From the NCBI RefSeq assembly GCF_009914755.1, contig NC_060935.1: DNA of 64,000 nt; one strand, written 5' to 3'. Positions 26,236-38,919 of the stretch are shown in pieces. The notes under the pieces were generated by a model, which saw only the letters and a list, made by a program, of their open reading frames with translations, did no database searches and was not told where the DNA came from. The translations under genes were made by a program, and so were the position numbers. Position 1 is the first letter of the stretch, and each line of letters opens with the position of its first letter. The stretch is from the human T2T-CHM13v2.0 reference genome, Homo sapiens.

Positions 26236-28864
26236 TAAACATTGATCAACTCATTGAATTTATAATTTTCCTGCACCAAAAAGAAATTGTCTTTGGTGAT
26301 CAATTCTACTTGATTTTACTAAGTTTTTTTTTCTTTTAAGGTTATAATGTAAGTTGGTGGGAAATGTGTACAGAAAAAGGCATTGGGTCAGCCTAGGTCC
26401 TGATTTTCTGGGCCAGATCTGAGCCCCACCCTCATCCCCATTAGTCATCATACACACTATTCTGGCATATCATAAGATACAGACATCTAAGTGCATTTCA
26501 CTAGCTATGATAAGCTTTCTGTCCTCTTTATTTTCCCCAAAATTGACAGGTATCATTAAAACCTCCTCCATAAAACTTTTTAGCAGTTAACTAAGTCCTC
26601 ATCTCTCTGGAAGGAAAAAATGAAGCACATTTTTTAAATGTATAAACTGAATCTTCAGAGGTACAGCGTTGGAGGTTGTCATGGCAACTTTTCTCTCTCC
26701 TTCCCACTGTTTTTGGCGAGTTTTTTATTAAACAAAACAAAAAAAATTAAATGCCCTCATTAGCCCCATCATTTCTAGTGGAATCAAATCATTTCTTTGA
26801 AATGTCTTATGGCCCAAGCCATACACTCATAATACACTAAACATGGAGAAAAATATTTAATTTCCCAATATTAGGAACTGAGGACCAAATTAATTCACAT
26901 ACTCATTCACTGCATATAACCTAGGATTCCCCCTTTATAAAGTTCTAATCTTGGCCTTTTGTGAATATTGAGTTGTAGAAAGGTCCTCACTTAAAGGAGT
27001 CAATCATCTGGTAGGACAGATAAAATGAGTACCTGAATATGATTTAGGCAACAAATAAAAGAAGTTCATAATACGATAAAGGTTCACAGGAAAAAAGTGT
27101 TTTTCTGATTTAAGATGATCCTTGAAAGTTTCCTAAGAAAGGGTAGGAGGTTGGGTTTAATTATAATAGGTCTTCTCTGTCTGGTTGAAGAGCTTGGTCT
27201 ATACTTACTGGAAAAGATATTTTTGAGTCACAGTATGATATGTATATGATATGATATTTCCGGATAATAAATCTGAAAATGTGGTATGCCACTGAACAGA
27301 GAGACAATCTGAGGGCTTGGGAGGATGGACTGGAGAAAAACAGGGAATTTAGAAAGATAGGCTGGTGTGGAAATATGATAGTGTTTCATTTCCCATATAT
27401 CAAGATTGAGTTAGAAAATATTGCCTTTTCCACAAATTAACTGACTAGATAAAAGAAAAAAATCACATATACATTTCTCGTAGGAATGCTAAAGAAAATC
27501 CTAACCAAGGTTGAAACTAAACTTTTTCTAACACACAATGGACAAATTTTAGGAGAAAAGATACAGTGGTTCTTTAATAATGATTGAACTTTTCTATTAA
27601 AAAGAAAACTAGTTATATTCCTTTTTTCACTATTTTCTTTGATCATGTCTTTTGTACCACATGTATTTAGTGATCGAAGTTAGAAAACAAAGGAGAACCT
27701 TAAATAAATGCTTAAAGCTCTCTCTCACTATGCTGTCATCTCAGTGAAGCAAAGACGGAAACGCATTTCTCTAGGACCTATTAATTCCTGATAGTTAGCA
27801 AACACCAGCAAATATTTGTATATTAAGGTAAAAATTTTTCTTGAACAATCATCTAAGGTGGAGCTGACCCTAAAGTTACCAAAGTAATTCTAAAGGTGTC
27901 TTGTACAAAATAATACATAAAATAAATAAGTCATCCCATTAGCCCTTGGGAACACCTAAAATTTTTACCCTAAAATGTAGTCCAAGAACTATGACTTAGG
28001 TTCAATGAATGATTTCTAGTCTGAGTTTCCTACAATTGAAGTATTTTTTTAAACAGAGGAAGTAGATTTTTCAAGAGTAAATTTTTGATATTTTAAAACC
28101 TAATTGAAGTTCTCCATTTACACATATGGCAAGGTTGAAAATTTCCTTGCTTTTCACTAGATGTAATCATCTCAGGGTAGTCACATATCTTATATCTCAT
28201 GCTGATCAGGAGTTCTATCTGGCAGCTGTTTAAGTCCCTAGTTAATTAAAAATGGAAAAACAAATTAATTATTCCTTAATATATGCAGTTGGCATGATAG
28301 CTGATTTTTTAGAAGAGTGAATTCACAGAGAATATAAAAATAAAATGATCCTTAGGGATAAAGTATCTAGGACCTAAAAGGATTTTATGATAGCTAAGTT
28401 AGGTACCAAAGACCTCCATTATCATATAAAGAAGAATTCATCTTTTATAGGCCCTGGGAACGGAACACAGAACAGATGAGCTTTAATATAAAAGGACTGG
28501 GAGAGAATCAACTAAAGCAGAACTTGATATAAAGAAATAGTGGGCCCAAAAAAGGCCAAGAATACCTGGGGTATTGGGTTCCTGAGCAGCAAAACAAACT
28601 TGGACTCTTTTACAACTTAATCTTAAGCTAAGTCCTAAAGCAAGTATTTGCACATCACTAAAATAGCATTGTAACTGACAAATAGCAAGCTCATCACAGG
28701 AATGGCCATGACTAACTGATTAAATGGGGAAAGATCTCAGAATTATTCTATCATGATGGTTGGTGACATGGTTTCATAGAAAGTTCCAAAGAATTCCCAA
28801 ATCACTCTGTAAAGCATGATTTCCTGACTCAGAAACAGAAAGTGATAGTTTTTTTGTAGCATAT

Positions 28865-31216
28865 TTTAAATTTAATTTTATTTCTTTTTTAGATACATCT
28901 ACAGGTTTGTGCCATGGATATATTTCATGATACTGAGGTTTGAGGTATGAAAGGTATGAAACCTGTCACCCACGTGTGAGCATAGTACCCAATAGGTAGT
29001 TTTTCAACCCAGGCTTCCCCACCCTTCCCCCTCTAGTAATCTGCAGTGTCTACTGTTCCCATGTTTACGTCCATGGGTGTTCAATGTTTAGCTCCCATTT
29101 ATAAGTGAGAATATGCAGTATTTGGTTTTCTGTTTCTGCATTAATTTGTTTAAGATAAATGGCCTCCAGCTGCATTCATGTTGTTGCAAAGGAGATGATT
29201 TTATTTTATTCTTTATGGCTGCATGGTATTCTATGGTATGTATGTATCACATTTTCTATATCCAATCAACCATTGATGAATACCTAGAAGGATTCCATGT
29301 CTTTACCATCTTCAATAGTGTCTTAATGCTCATGCAAGTACATGTGTCTTATGGTAGAACAATTTCATTTCCTTTGGACATACACCCAATAATGGAATTA
29401 CTAGGTCAAATGGCAGCTCTGTTTTAGCTCTTATGAGTAATTACCAAACTTCTTTCCACAGTGGCTGAACTAATTCACATTCCCACCAGCAGTGTACAAG
29501 CATTCTCTTTAATCCACAACCTTTTCAGCATTTTTTGACTTATAATAATAGCCATTCTGACTGGTGTGAGATGGTATATTATCGTGATTTTGATTTGTAT
29601 TTCTCTGATGATTAGTGATGATGAGCATTTTTATATGTTTGTTGGCCACTTATATATCTTTTTTAATGACATGTCTGTTCATGTCATTTGACCATTTTTA
29701 ATGGGGTTATTTGTTTTCTGTTTGTTGATTTTTTTTAAGTTCCTTATAGATTCTGGATACTAGACCTCTATCAGATGCATAGTTTGAAAATATTTTCTCC
29801 CATGCTATAGGTTGTCTGTTTACTCTCATGAATGTTTATTTTGCTGTGCAGAAGCACGTTAGTTTAATTAAGTCCCACATGTCAATTTTTTTATTTCATT
29901 GCAATTGCTTTTGGGGACATAATCAAAAATTATTTGCCAAGGCCAATGTTGAAAAGGGTATTTCCTAGGTTTTCTCCTAGGATTTTTAGAGCTAGAGGTT
30001 ATACATTTAAATCTTTAATCCATCTTGAGTTAACTTTTTTACATGGTAAAATGTAGGGGTCCAGTTTCATTCTTCTGATTATGGCTAGCTAGTTATCCCA
30101 GCACCATTTGTTGAATAGAGAATCCTTTCCCTATTGCCTGTTTTTTGTTTGCCTTGTCAAACATCAGATGTTTGTAGGTATGTGGCTTTATTTCTGAGTT
30201 TTGTATTCATTCCATTGCTCTATATGTCTGTTTTTATACCAGTACTATGCCGTTTTTGTTACTGTAGCCTTAGTATAGTTTGAAGTTGGGTAGTGTGATG
30301 CCTCCAGCTTTGTTCTTTTTATTTAGAATTGCTTTAGCTATCCAGGCTCTTTTTTCATCCCATGATCATGTAGGCTTCATTCCTGCAATGCAAGGTTAGT
30401 TCAACATGTGCAAATCAATAAATGTCATTCACCACATAAACAGAACTAGAAACAAAAATCATATAATCATCTCAATAGACACAGAAAAAGCTTTTGATAA
30501 AATCCAAAATAGCTTCACGATAAAAACATCAACAGACTAGGCATCAAAGAAACATACCTAAAAATCGTTAGAGCCATCTATGACAAACCCACAGCCAACA
30601 TCATAACCAGTGGGCAAAAGCTGGAACCATTCGCCTTGAGAAGTGAAACAATACAAGGATGTCCACTCTCACCACTCATACAACATAGTAGTGGAAGTTC
30701 TAGCCAGGGCAATCAGGCAAGGTAAAGAAATGAAAGGCATTGAAATAGGAAAAATAAAGTCAAACTATTTCTCTTCAGTGACAATGATTCTATACCCAGA
30801 AAATCCTAAAGCCTCCATAAAAGACTCCTAGAACTGATAAATGACTTGAGTAAAGCTTTAGGATACAAAATCAATATAAAAAAATCAATTGCATTTCTAT
30901 ATACTAATAACATCCAGGCTGAGGTTCAAATCAAGAATACAATCTCATTTACAATAGCCACAAGAAAAATGAAATACCTAGAGTACATCTAATCAAGAAA
31001 ATCAAAGACATCTACAAGGAGAACTACAAAATATTGCTGAAAGAGATCAGAGACAACACAAATAAATGAAAAAACAGTACATGCTCACGGATTGGAAGAA
31101 TCAATGTCATTAAAATGGTCATACTGCCCAAAGCAATTTACTGATTCAATGCTATTCCTATTAAAGTACCAATGCCATTAATCATAGCATTGTAAGTAGT
31201 TATTCTAAAATTCATA
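28865..31216 (-). mobile_element. 5'-truncated, 5'-inverted L1 (L1PA15/16-like): 3' portion on minus (~28865-30363), inverted portion on plus (~30360-31216)
   Basis: T-rich tail and L1PA16-like 3'UTR at left. Orientation flips at ..TTTTTTCATCCCAT|GATCATGTAGGCTTCATT. The plus piece ends ..CTAAAATTCATA, the L1 position that adjoins the minus piece. Confidence 0.9.
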
Positions 31217-32114
31217 AGGAAATAATGGTTTCTAGTGGCTGCTCACTTACTGTGCGACCTTAGGCAAGTCATTTAGCTCTATGCATTTCAGACTCTCCTT
31301 TTATAAAAGGGAAGCAGTGTGTTCTTGTCTCTGAGTCACTGGAATGCAGTGGAGAAATTTATATATGGCTATTTTGAGTTATGAGGAAGATAGATTCTTC
31401 CTAGATCCAAACGCTAATAAGTCTTTTGCCTTGGGGATTTATCTTAATTGACATTTCTTCAGCTTTACTAACACCAGGGAGACCAGCTATGTCTAGACTT
31501 CTTTAGGGCCATTTTATGTTGCTGTTACAGAATAAATTATTAAGGGAAATTTGCTGTGTAAATTTATCACCTTTCATCCACAACATTAAAAAATGACACC
31601 AGCTTCCTTCAGTTAATATTAGCATTTTTTTTTCCTAAGGGCTCTAATTCCGTTTAGCTCACTTCACCTCACAACACCCCAAAAAGAGACTGGTACTAAC
31701 ATCCCCAACCCTCATTACAAATGGGAAAACTGAGAATCAGTAGTAAATAACTGATCCAGAGAGATTAAGTGAATTTCCAGTAGAGGTAAGATTAGGATGT
31801 AAGTTTCTTGACTTTCTGTCTCAGTAGGAACAGCTTCCTTGGTATTAGAATACCAACAAACACAGGAAGGTGCACATCTTACAACATAGGTTCTTATCAG
31901 CTTGTTATAGTGTTTTATACCTGCCCAAACTCTACCCCTAAAACAAAATATTATTATAGCTAATAGTTATCGAGTATATATTTGTACAATTACATCTCAT
32001 GATTCTCACAATAGTCCTAATGATGTGTAGCAAGGTTGAATAACTTACCAGAGGTCACACAGCTGGTGAACTAGGCATTAAATGTTCTTATTAAAAAAGG
32101 TAAATGTTTATCTA

Positions 32115-32328
32115 GGTAAATATATGTATAATATATATATTTACATGTATAAAGTGGTAGGGTGAGTGTATATATATCTATATCTATATTATATATATCT
32201 ATATCTATTATATATCTATAATATATCCATTATATCTATCATATATATCTATATCTATAATATATATATCTATAATATATATTCTCTCTCTGTATATATA
32301 TACATATATATGTGTGTGTATATATATA
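32115..32328. repeat. AT-rich low-complexity / degenerate (TATATC)n repeat
   Basis: Read directly from the sequence. Confidence 0.9.
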
Positions 32329-33339
32329 GTGTTTACAGGAAAATGGTGAAACTTTGAAGACAAGGAGATCTGGGTTCAGAACACAACTCAACAGTTCATA
32401 AATCATGAGACATTCAATATGTTATAGTGAAAAACAAAATACAAACTGAATCACATTAATTCTCTGCTTGGGACTATGTTCTGGTTCCTGATTACCATAG
32501 GTCCCTTCATGACACACCTTCTCTGCCTCCCCAACATCATCTCTCATCACCCTTCTCTTTGCTTCCTGTATTAGATCACACACCACCACCTATTCGGTTT
32601 TGCCAACAGGCCATTATCTAATTTATACCCCCTCAAAGCCTTTTCACATTCTGTTCCCTTTTCCTGGAATGCATCCCCCCACCCCACCCCTCATCCTCCA
32701 TTCTCCATTATATATTAGGGGCCTTCCCCTCAGCCTAAAACTCTACATGGTACACATTACTCTTCATGCATTTAGATAAGGACCCTGAAGTTAAAAGATG
32801 CTTAAGCCGCTGCCAGGCTCACATTGCTAGTGAGGCGCTGAGCTAAGATTCAAATCCAGTTCTACCTCCAAAGTTCAGGCTCTTTACACTTACCTAAGTG
32901 TAAAGATGTCTCTGACAGGTAACATCATATTTCAGCCTTAGTCTGGGGACTGTCTGATATATCCTGAGATAAATCAGGGACTTCTAGTCCTTCCTTGTTG
33001 CCCATCAGTACACTACTAAAATTTAGAGCATCTCAGGCCATAAGGCTTAGGCCTTTCTCACAATACCAGATTGAAGTCTGATGCTGTCAAGAAAAGCATG
33101 AAACTCCAAGCACTTAGCTACTTAAGATACCTCTGCCAAAGGATGCACCCCAAGAGTATTCCAAAGGAAGGCCATAAGGGCTAAGTAACACTGTTCTATT
33201 CTTACTCATAGATGTAAAGACCTAAGAGGGACCTATGATAAAATCAGAAGTACTCAGGTCACTGAAATTGGATTGTTTTTACGATGACATCAGCGAATGA
33301 CTTAAGCTAACTTTGAAAATTGCTCATTGTCATGCCATG

Positions 33340-34040
33340 TGCTCATTTATTCAATACATTCTTAATGAGAAACTATCATATAGTGTACACTGCATTCATT
33401 ATTTGACATACCGCAATAAAGAGATGAGACTTGGACCTTGCCCTTTTGCCATCTAGGAGAAACCAAACAAGATACATGTAAACAAATAAACAGATGATTG
33501 CAAACTGTGACAATAAAAGAAATATGCAGAGTGATGTGATAGGGATTAACAAATGAGGAGAAGTTTGCTTTACATTGTCTCTTCTTGGAGCCTGGGACCT
33601 TGCAGGATGTGAAGTTTCTTCTACATGCAAAGAGCTGGGGAAGAAAGCTCCTGCTGGAAGGGACTGCAAATGTGAAGACCCTGATTCAGGGTCAGTGAGT
33701 TTGATATTATCAAGGTACTGAAAGGAGAGAGGAGAACGTATTATTGAAAAGAGGAGTGGAATAAGAAGATATTTATTCAGCCATTCATACACCTTTATGG
33801 AGCACCAACCATTTACTAGGTGCTATTCCAGGTGCTGAAGATAAACCAGTAACAGACAGAGAAGCTCATGTTCCACTAGTGTTGACATTCCAGCCAGAGT
33901 TTGGAGCAACAGGCAGGCTTCATGCCTTCAGGGTTTTATAAAGCAAAGAGCTTGGAATTTATTCTAATTGGAATGTAAAGCCAGGAAGTTACTTGAGCTG
34001 ATAAATATTTTAAAAGCTCACCCTGGGATCCACTATGTGG
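33340..34040. mobile_element. LINE-2 fragments
   Basis: CTCATTTATTCAATACATT; ATTTATTCAGCCATTCA..GAGCACCAACCATTTACTAGGTGCTATTCCAGGTGCTGAAGATA (L2 3' end motif). Confidence 0.55.
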
Positions 34041-34649
34041 TGACAGCCAGAAACATTCAGAATTATTGTCATTATTTTGATTATCAATAATAAATATCCT
34101 GAGTCTCTTTTGCTTACATTTTTGAAGGTAGAGATCTCGTCAACACAGTGAAAAAAATTTCAAGCCACTAGAGGGAATCATTTACAAAAGGACACCAACA
34201 GAGCAGTGTTGTTTGCTCTCAGAGCCTATTTCCTCCAGATAATTTCTAAACTAAAACTAATTGACGTATTAGCCAATAATGTTTATAAGGCAGAAGTCAC
34301 TGGAGGTAAGTAGAAAGGGTGGAGAAGAAAGAGTGCCCATCTGTAAATACAGGAATAATTTATAATCAATCATATCATTTTCTTCCCTAAGCCTTTTCTA
34401 TCCCATCCTAATTATAGGCCTCTTTAGAATATGAGAAATAATCAAATTCCATTTGTTTCTTCTAAGCAAAGGAAGTAAGCAGCTTTGAAATCCTCTTGCA
34501 AGAAAGTGGGCTATTCCAACTCCTTTGCCCTTGAGAAATATTATTCTCTCCTGGAAGAAGTATGGATTTTGGACTGTGAGATTATTCATATCTCAATTCC
34601 AGTATTAACTATAAAACTCAAGTTATCTAGCTTCTCAAAAATAAGAAGC

Positions 34650-35105
34650 TAAAACAGGTATTTAAAGAAAAACTTGTGTGTGTTTATAGCAGCACTATTC
34701 ACAATAACCAAAAAAATGGAAAAACCAAATGTCCATCAACTGATGAATGTGTGCTGTCTGTGCAATTGAATATTATTCAGCCATAAAAAGAAATAAACTA
34801 TTGAATACATGCTACAACATGGATGAAACTCAAAATAATTATGTTAAGGAAGCCAGAAACAAAAAGCCACATACTATATTATATAATTCAATGTATATGA
34901 AATGTCTAAAATAGGTAAACCCATAGAGACAGAAAACAGATTAGTGATGCCAGAGACTGGAGCAAGACACCTCACAGAGGCTGGGGGAGTAGATGGTGAA
35001 TAACTGCTTAATAGGCATGGTGTATTCTTTCCAGATGCTGACAATGTCTTACCACTAGGTAAAGGTGATGCTGATATAATTTTGTAACCACACTAAATTC
35101 CACCG
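34650..35105 (+). mobile_element. Old L1 3'-end fragment (L1MB-like)
   Basis: GCAGCACTATTCACAATAACCAAAA..CAAATGTCCATCAACTGATGAATG..CATGCTACAACATGGATGAA..CCATAGAGACAGAAAACAGATTAGTG. Confidence 0.8.
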
Positions 35106-36656
35106 ACCAAACTCTATGGTCGGTGATGGTAATCAAAATGATGGTAAGAATTGCTAGATTTATTCATAGAATAATATGATAAGCCAAGATTCTTAAGATA
35201 AAATAAAGTTTATGAATTTTAATGTTTAATAAATTTATGTTTAATAAATTCAATAGTACTTTAAAATAGCAGTAACCAAAAATAGGCTTTTCTATGCACA
35301 AAAATCACCTCTAAAGTTAAAACTTTGCCCTTTTCAGTCCACCTGTCTTCCCCCCTCTTCCCCATCCCCACCCCGTCCCCTCCCCCCAAAAAAGATTTAA
35401 AAATATTAATAAAAAAAGAAATTTAAAACTTCACTTTGACATTTTTCATTCAATAAAGCCATCCACACTCTCTCTAGTCTTCTCTCATCAATGCCCATGT
35501 ATGTCACCTCTTTTATCCAGGCTCATGTTGCACTATTTAGAGTTTAACTCTCAAGCACAGTATAGTACAGAAATGTGACCCTTTACTCATCATACTCATG
35601 AATTTGCCACTCTTTTATCAATAATATAATTTACAGCAATCTTATTTTCCACTTGCCAATAATGCAAAAAAAAAAAGTGCTTCCCTTTCCTTAAGTTCAG
35701 CACAATCATTAATTTATTATGGCACACTTTCCTGCAGAACTGTGTATTGCTTCAGAATAGTTCTCAGAACAGCCTTTTAGGTAACTGTCACCAAATTATC
35801 AGAAATGACATACAAAATGAAATCTGTTTATCATTCCCAGTTTTACTCCTGAATTATTTTGTCAATTCCCCTTCTCCATTTCCCCACCTTTAAACAAATA
35901 GAATAAAACTAATACCCTGAACTACATCTGGTTTATGTGATTGTCTTTCCAGGGCCCACAAAATAAGTAACTGCTTAACAACACCTCTTACATATGCTTA
36001 CAATCCATTGCTAGGCATAGAGTATGTTCGAATTGATTACTGAATATTGTACACCAAAAATATACATAATTTTTGTCAATTAATACAAAACAAATTGATT
36101 ACTGAGAACATTCAAAGCTAGGTAGTAACAAAATGGGCCATTTCCTGTTGCAAAAGAAGAAGACAGTCTTTTTCCAGATGCCACAGATGTTAAATCCTCC
36201 AAGCTATATCTCCAAATTGTCTTTTATCTACAGGACTAAAACATTCCATGGTATCTTTGCATTTTCCAGACTATAATTAAATGAAATAATCTTCAAGATC
36301 TATCATTCCCTAGACAGTCTTTTGGAGAAATATAGTATAAAAGCACTATCCCGGTGATTTATTATGTTGTGTTAATCTATCATCAGTATGCATTATTAGT
36401 AATTCTCTCAATACATTAGTGAGTACACTGAGGTTTACTAAAGGTCAACTACATCATCAATTGAGGTTCCAACTGACAAAATCACTTATATAGAATAGTC
36501 CAGAAGCAAATTTATTAATAGATTTTTATTCTCAAGAGAGCTCTAACAAAGGTAGTTTCCCTGGAATAATTAACTAATTCTGCACCAGTAGGCCTAATTT
36601 CAGACACTATCATATAGGCTGTACCATCCCTCAGCATTCATACCTCCTTATCCCTG

Positions 36657-36657
<1 letters not shown>

Positions 36658-36706
<49 letters not shown>
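36658..36706. repeat. (CA)24 perfect microsatellite
   Basis: Read directly from the sequence. Confidence 0.98.
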
Positions 36707-36708
<2 letters not shown>

Positions 36709-36819
36709 TTATTTCTACTTCTGGATGGTTCTTTATCTCCATGTCTATTTGTTTCGTGTCTTTTTTATCTCATGAGTTATTTCCAGCTCATACAATTATG
36801 AACTCATTATAAACACATA

Positions 36820-38915
36820 TGATATTATATTCAACAGTGAAAAACTGAAAGCTTGTTCCTTAACATCAGGAACAAGGCAAAGATACCCACTCTACCAACT
36901 TCTATTCATCATAGTACTAGAAGTCCTAGCTAGAGTAATTGAGCAAGAAAAAGAAGCAACAGGCATCCATATAAGAAAGGAAAATATAATTATTTCAATG
37001 CCTAGACATGATCTTATATGTAGAAAACACTGAAGACTTTTTAAAAATTCAGTGAAGTTGCAAGATTAAAAAAAACACTTAAAACTCAGTTGTGTCTATA
37101 CAAACAAAATCAGTTGTGTTTATACACACACGCAGTGTTCTAAAAATGAAGAAAATGGTGAATTCTATTTCCAATAGCATCAAAAAGAATAAAACACTTA
37201 GGAATAAACTTAAATAAGGGGGTAACAAACTTGTACATTGAAAACTACCTAACACTGATTAAGAAAAAATTGCAGAAGACACAAATGAGTGTTCATAGAT
37301 TTGAAGACTTAATATTGTTCAAATTTCTGTACTTCCTAAAGCAATCTCAAGATTGGATGCAATCCCTATTAAAATCCGAATGCCATTTTTCAAATTGAAA
37401 AAAAAATCCTAAAGTTTATATGAAACAAAATAAAGAATGGAAAACCAAAACACTCTTGAGAAAGAAGAACAAAACCAGAAGCATCAATCTTACTGATTTC
37501 TAAATATATGACAAAGCTACAGAAATTAAAATAGTATGGTACCTGCATAAAAACATGCATATAGACCAATTGAACAGAATAGATAGCCCCAAAATAAACC
37601 CATGTATACATGGTCAACCAAACTTCAATAAAAGTGCCAAGACTACAAAAAGGACAGTCTCTTTAACAAATGGTTTTGGGCAAACTATACATCCACACAC
37701 ACAAGAAAAAAAATGAAACCCTGAACTTATTTCGCAGGCAGAAATAAAAATAGAATGAATTAAAGATTTAAATGTAACATCTGAAACTGCAAAACTCTTT
37801 GAAGAAAACATAGGAGGAAAGTTTAATGACATTGGGATAAGTAATTATTTTTTGGATATGAAATGAAAAGCGTAAGTAACAAAAGCAAAAATAGACAAGT
37901 GAGACTACTTCAAACTAAAAAGCTTCTGCACAGCAATGGAAAAACTTATCAGAGTGAAAAGGCAATCTATAGGAGAAAATATTTGCAAACCATATATTTG
38001 ATAAGGGGCCAATACCCAAACCATAAAAGGAACTCCTATGTCTTAATGCCAAAAATCATTAAAAAATGATTTAAAATGTCCAAAGGACTTGGATAGACAC
38101 TTCTTCAAAGAAGGCATACAAATTAGAAGGCATACAAATGGGAAGACAAGTTGTCCATTTGTATGCCATGTAAAGATATTTAACATCAATAATCAGAGAA
38201 ATACAAACCAAAACAAAAGTGACTGTTAGGATGACTATTATCAAATATAAATAATAAAAACAAAAATAAAAGTTAACATGTGCTTGGTAGTATGTGGAAA
38301 AATTGAAACCCTTGTAGACTGTTGGTGGGGAATGAGTTAGTGCAGCCATTATGGAGGCTTTTCAAAAAATTGAAAATAGAATTGTCATATTGCCATATAA
38401 TCCAGTAGTTCCACAACTAAGTATACATCCAAAGTAAATAAAATCAGTATATCCAAAGAGATATATGCACTTCCATGTTTATTGTTGCATTATTCACAAT
38501 AGCCAAGATTTGAAAATGACCTAAATGTCCGTTAACAGATGAATGTATAGGCACAATGTGATATATACAAACAATGGAATACTATTTAGTGTCAAAAAAG
38601 AAAGAAATCCTGCCAAATGTGACATGGTGAACCTACAGGACTTTATTCTAAGTGAAATAAATCAGTCATAGAAAAATAAATAATGCATGATTCCAATTAT
38701 GAGGAATCTAAAATAGTCAAACTCACAGAAACTGAGTAAAATGGTTATTGCCAAGAGTTGGGGGTAGTGGGAAATGGGGAGCTGTTACTCAAGGGGCATA
38801 AAATTTCAATAATACAGGATAAGTTCTAGGGATCTCCTGTAGAATATTGTGCCTACAATGAACTATATTGTATAATGCACTTAAAATTTGTTAAGAGAGT
38901 AGATTTCATAAAGTT
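36820..38915 (+). mobile_element. 5'-truncated L1MA (L1MA8/9-like)
   Basis: Decayed 3' half of ORF2 followed by an L1MA-type 3'UTR (AAGTTCTAGGGATCTCCTGTAG..GCACTTAAAATTTGTTAAGAGAGTAGAT). Confidence 0.85.
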
Positions 38916-38919
38916 GTGT

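Noticed and set aside
31839-31856. 8-bp hairpins (TTGGTATT-AG-AATACCAA; similar ones at ~26180 and ~34628)
   Set aside because: Too short to stand out from chance in AT-rich sequence.
35752-35770. GAA-TTC-GAA pattern resembling a heat-shock element or STAT site
   Set aside because: The spacing is 3 nt, so it is not an HSE, and a single TTCNNNGAA is expected by chance in 64 kb.
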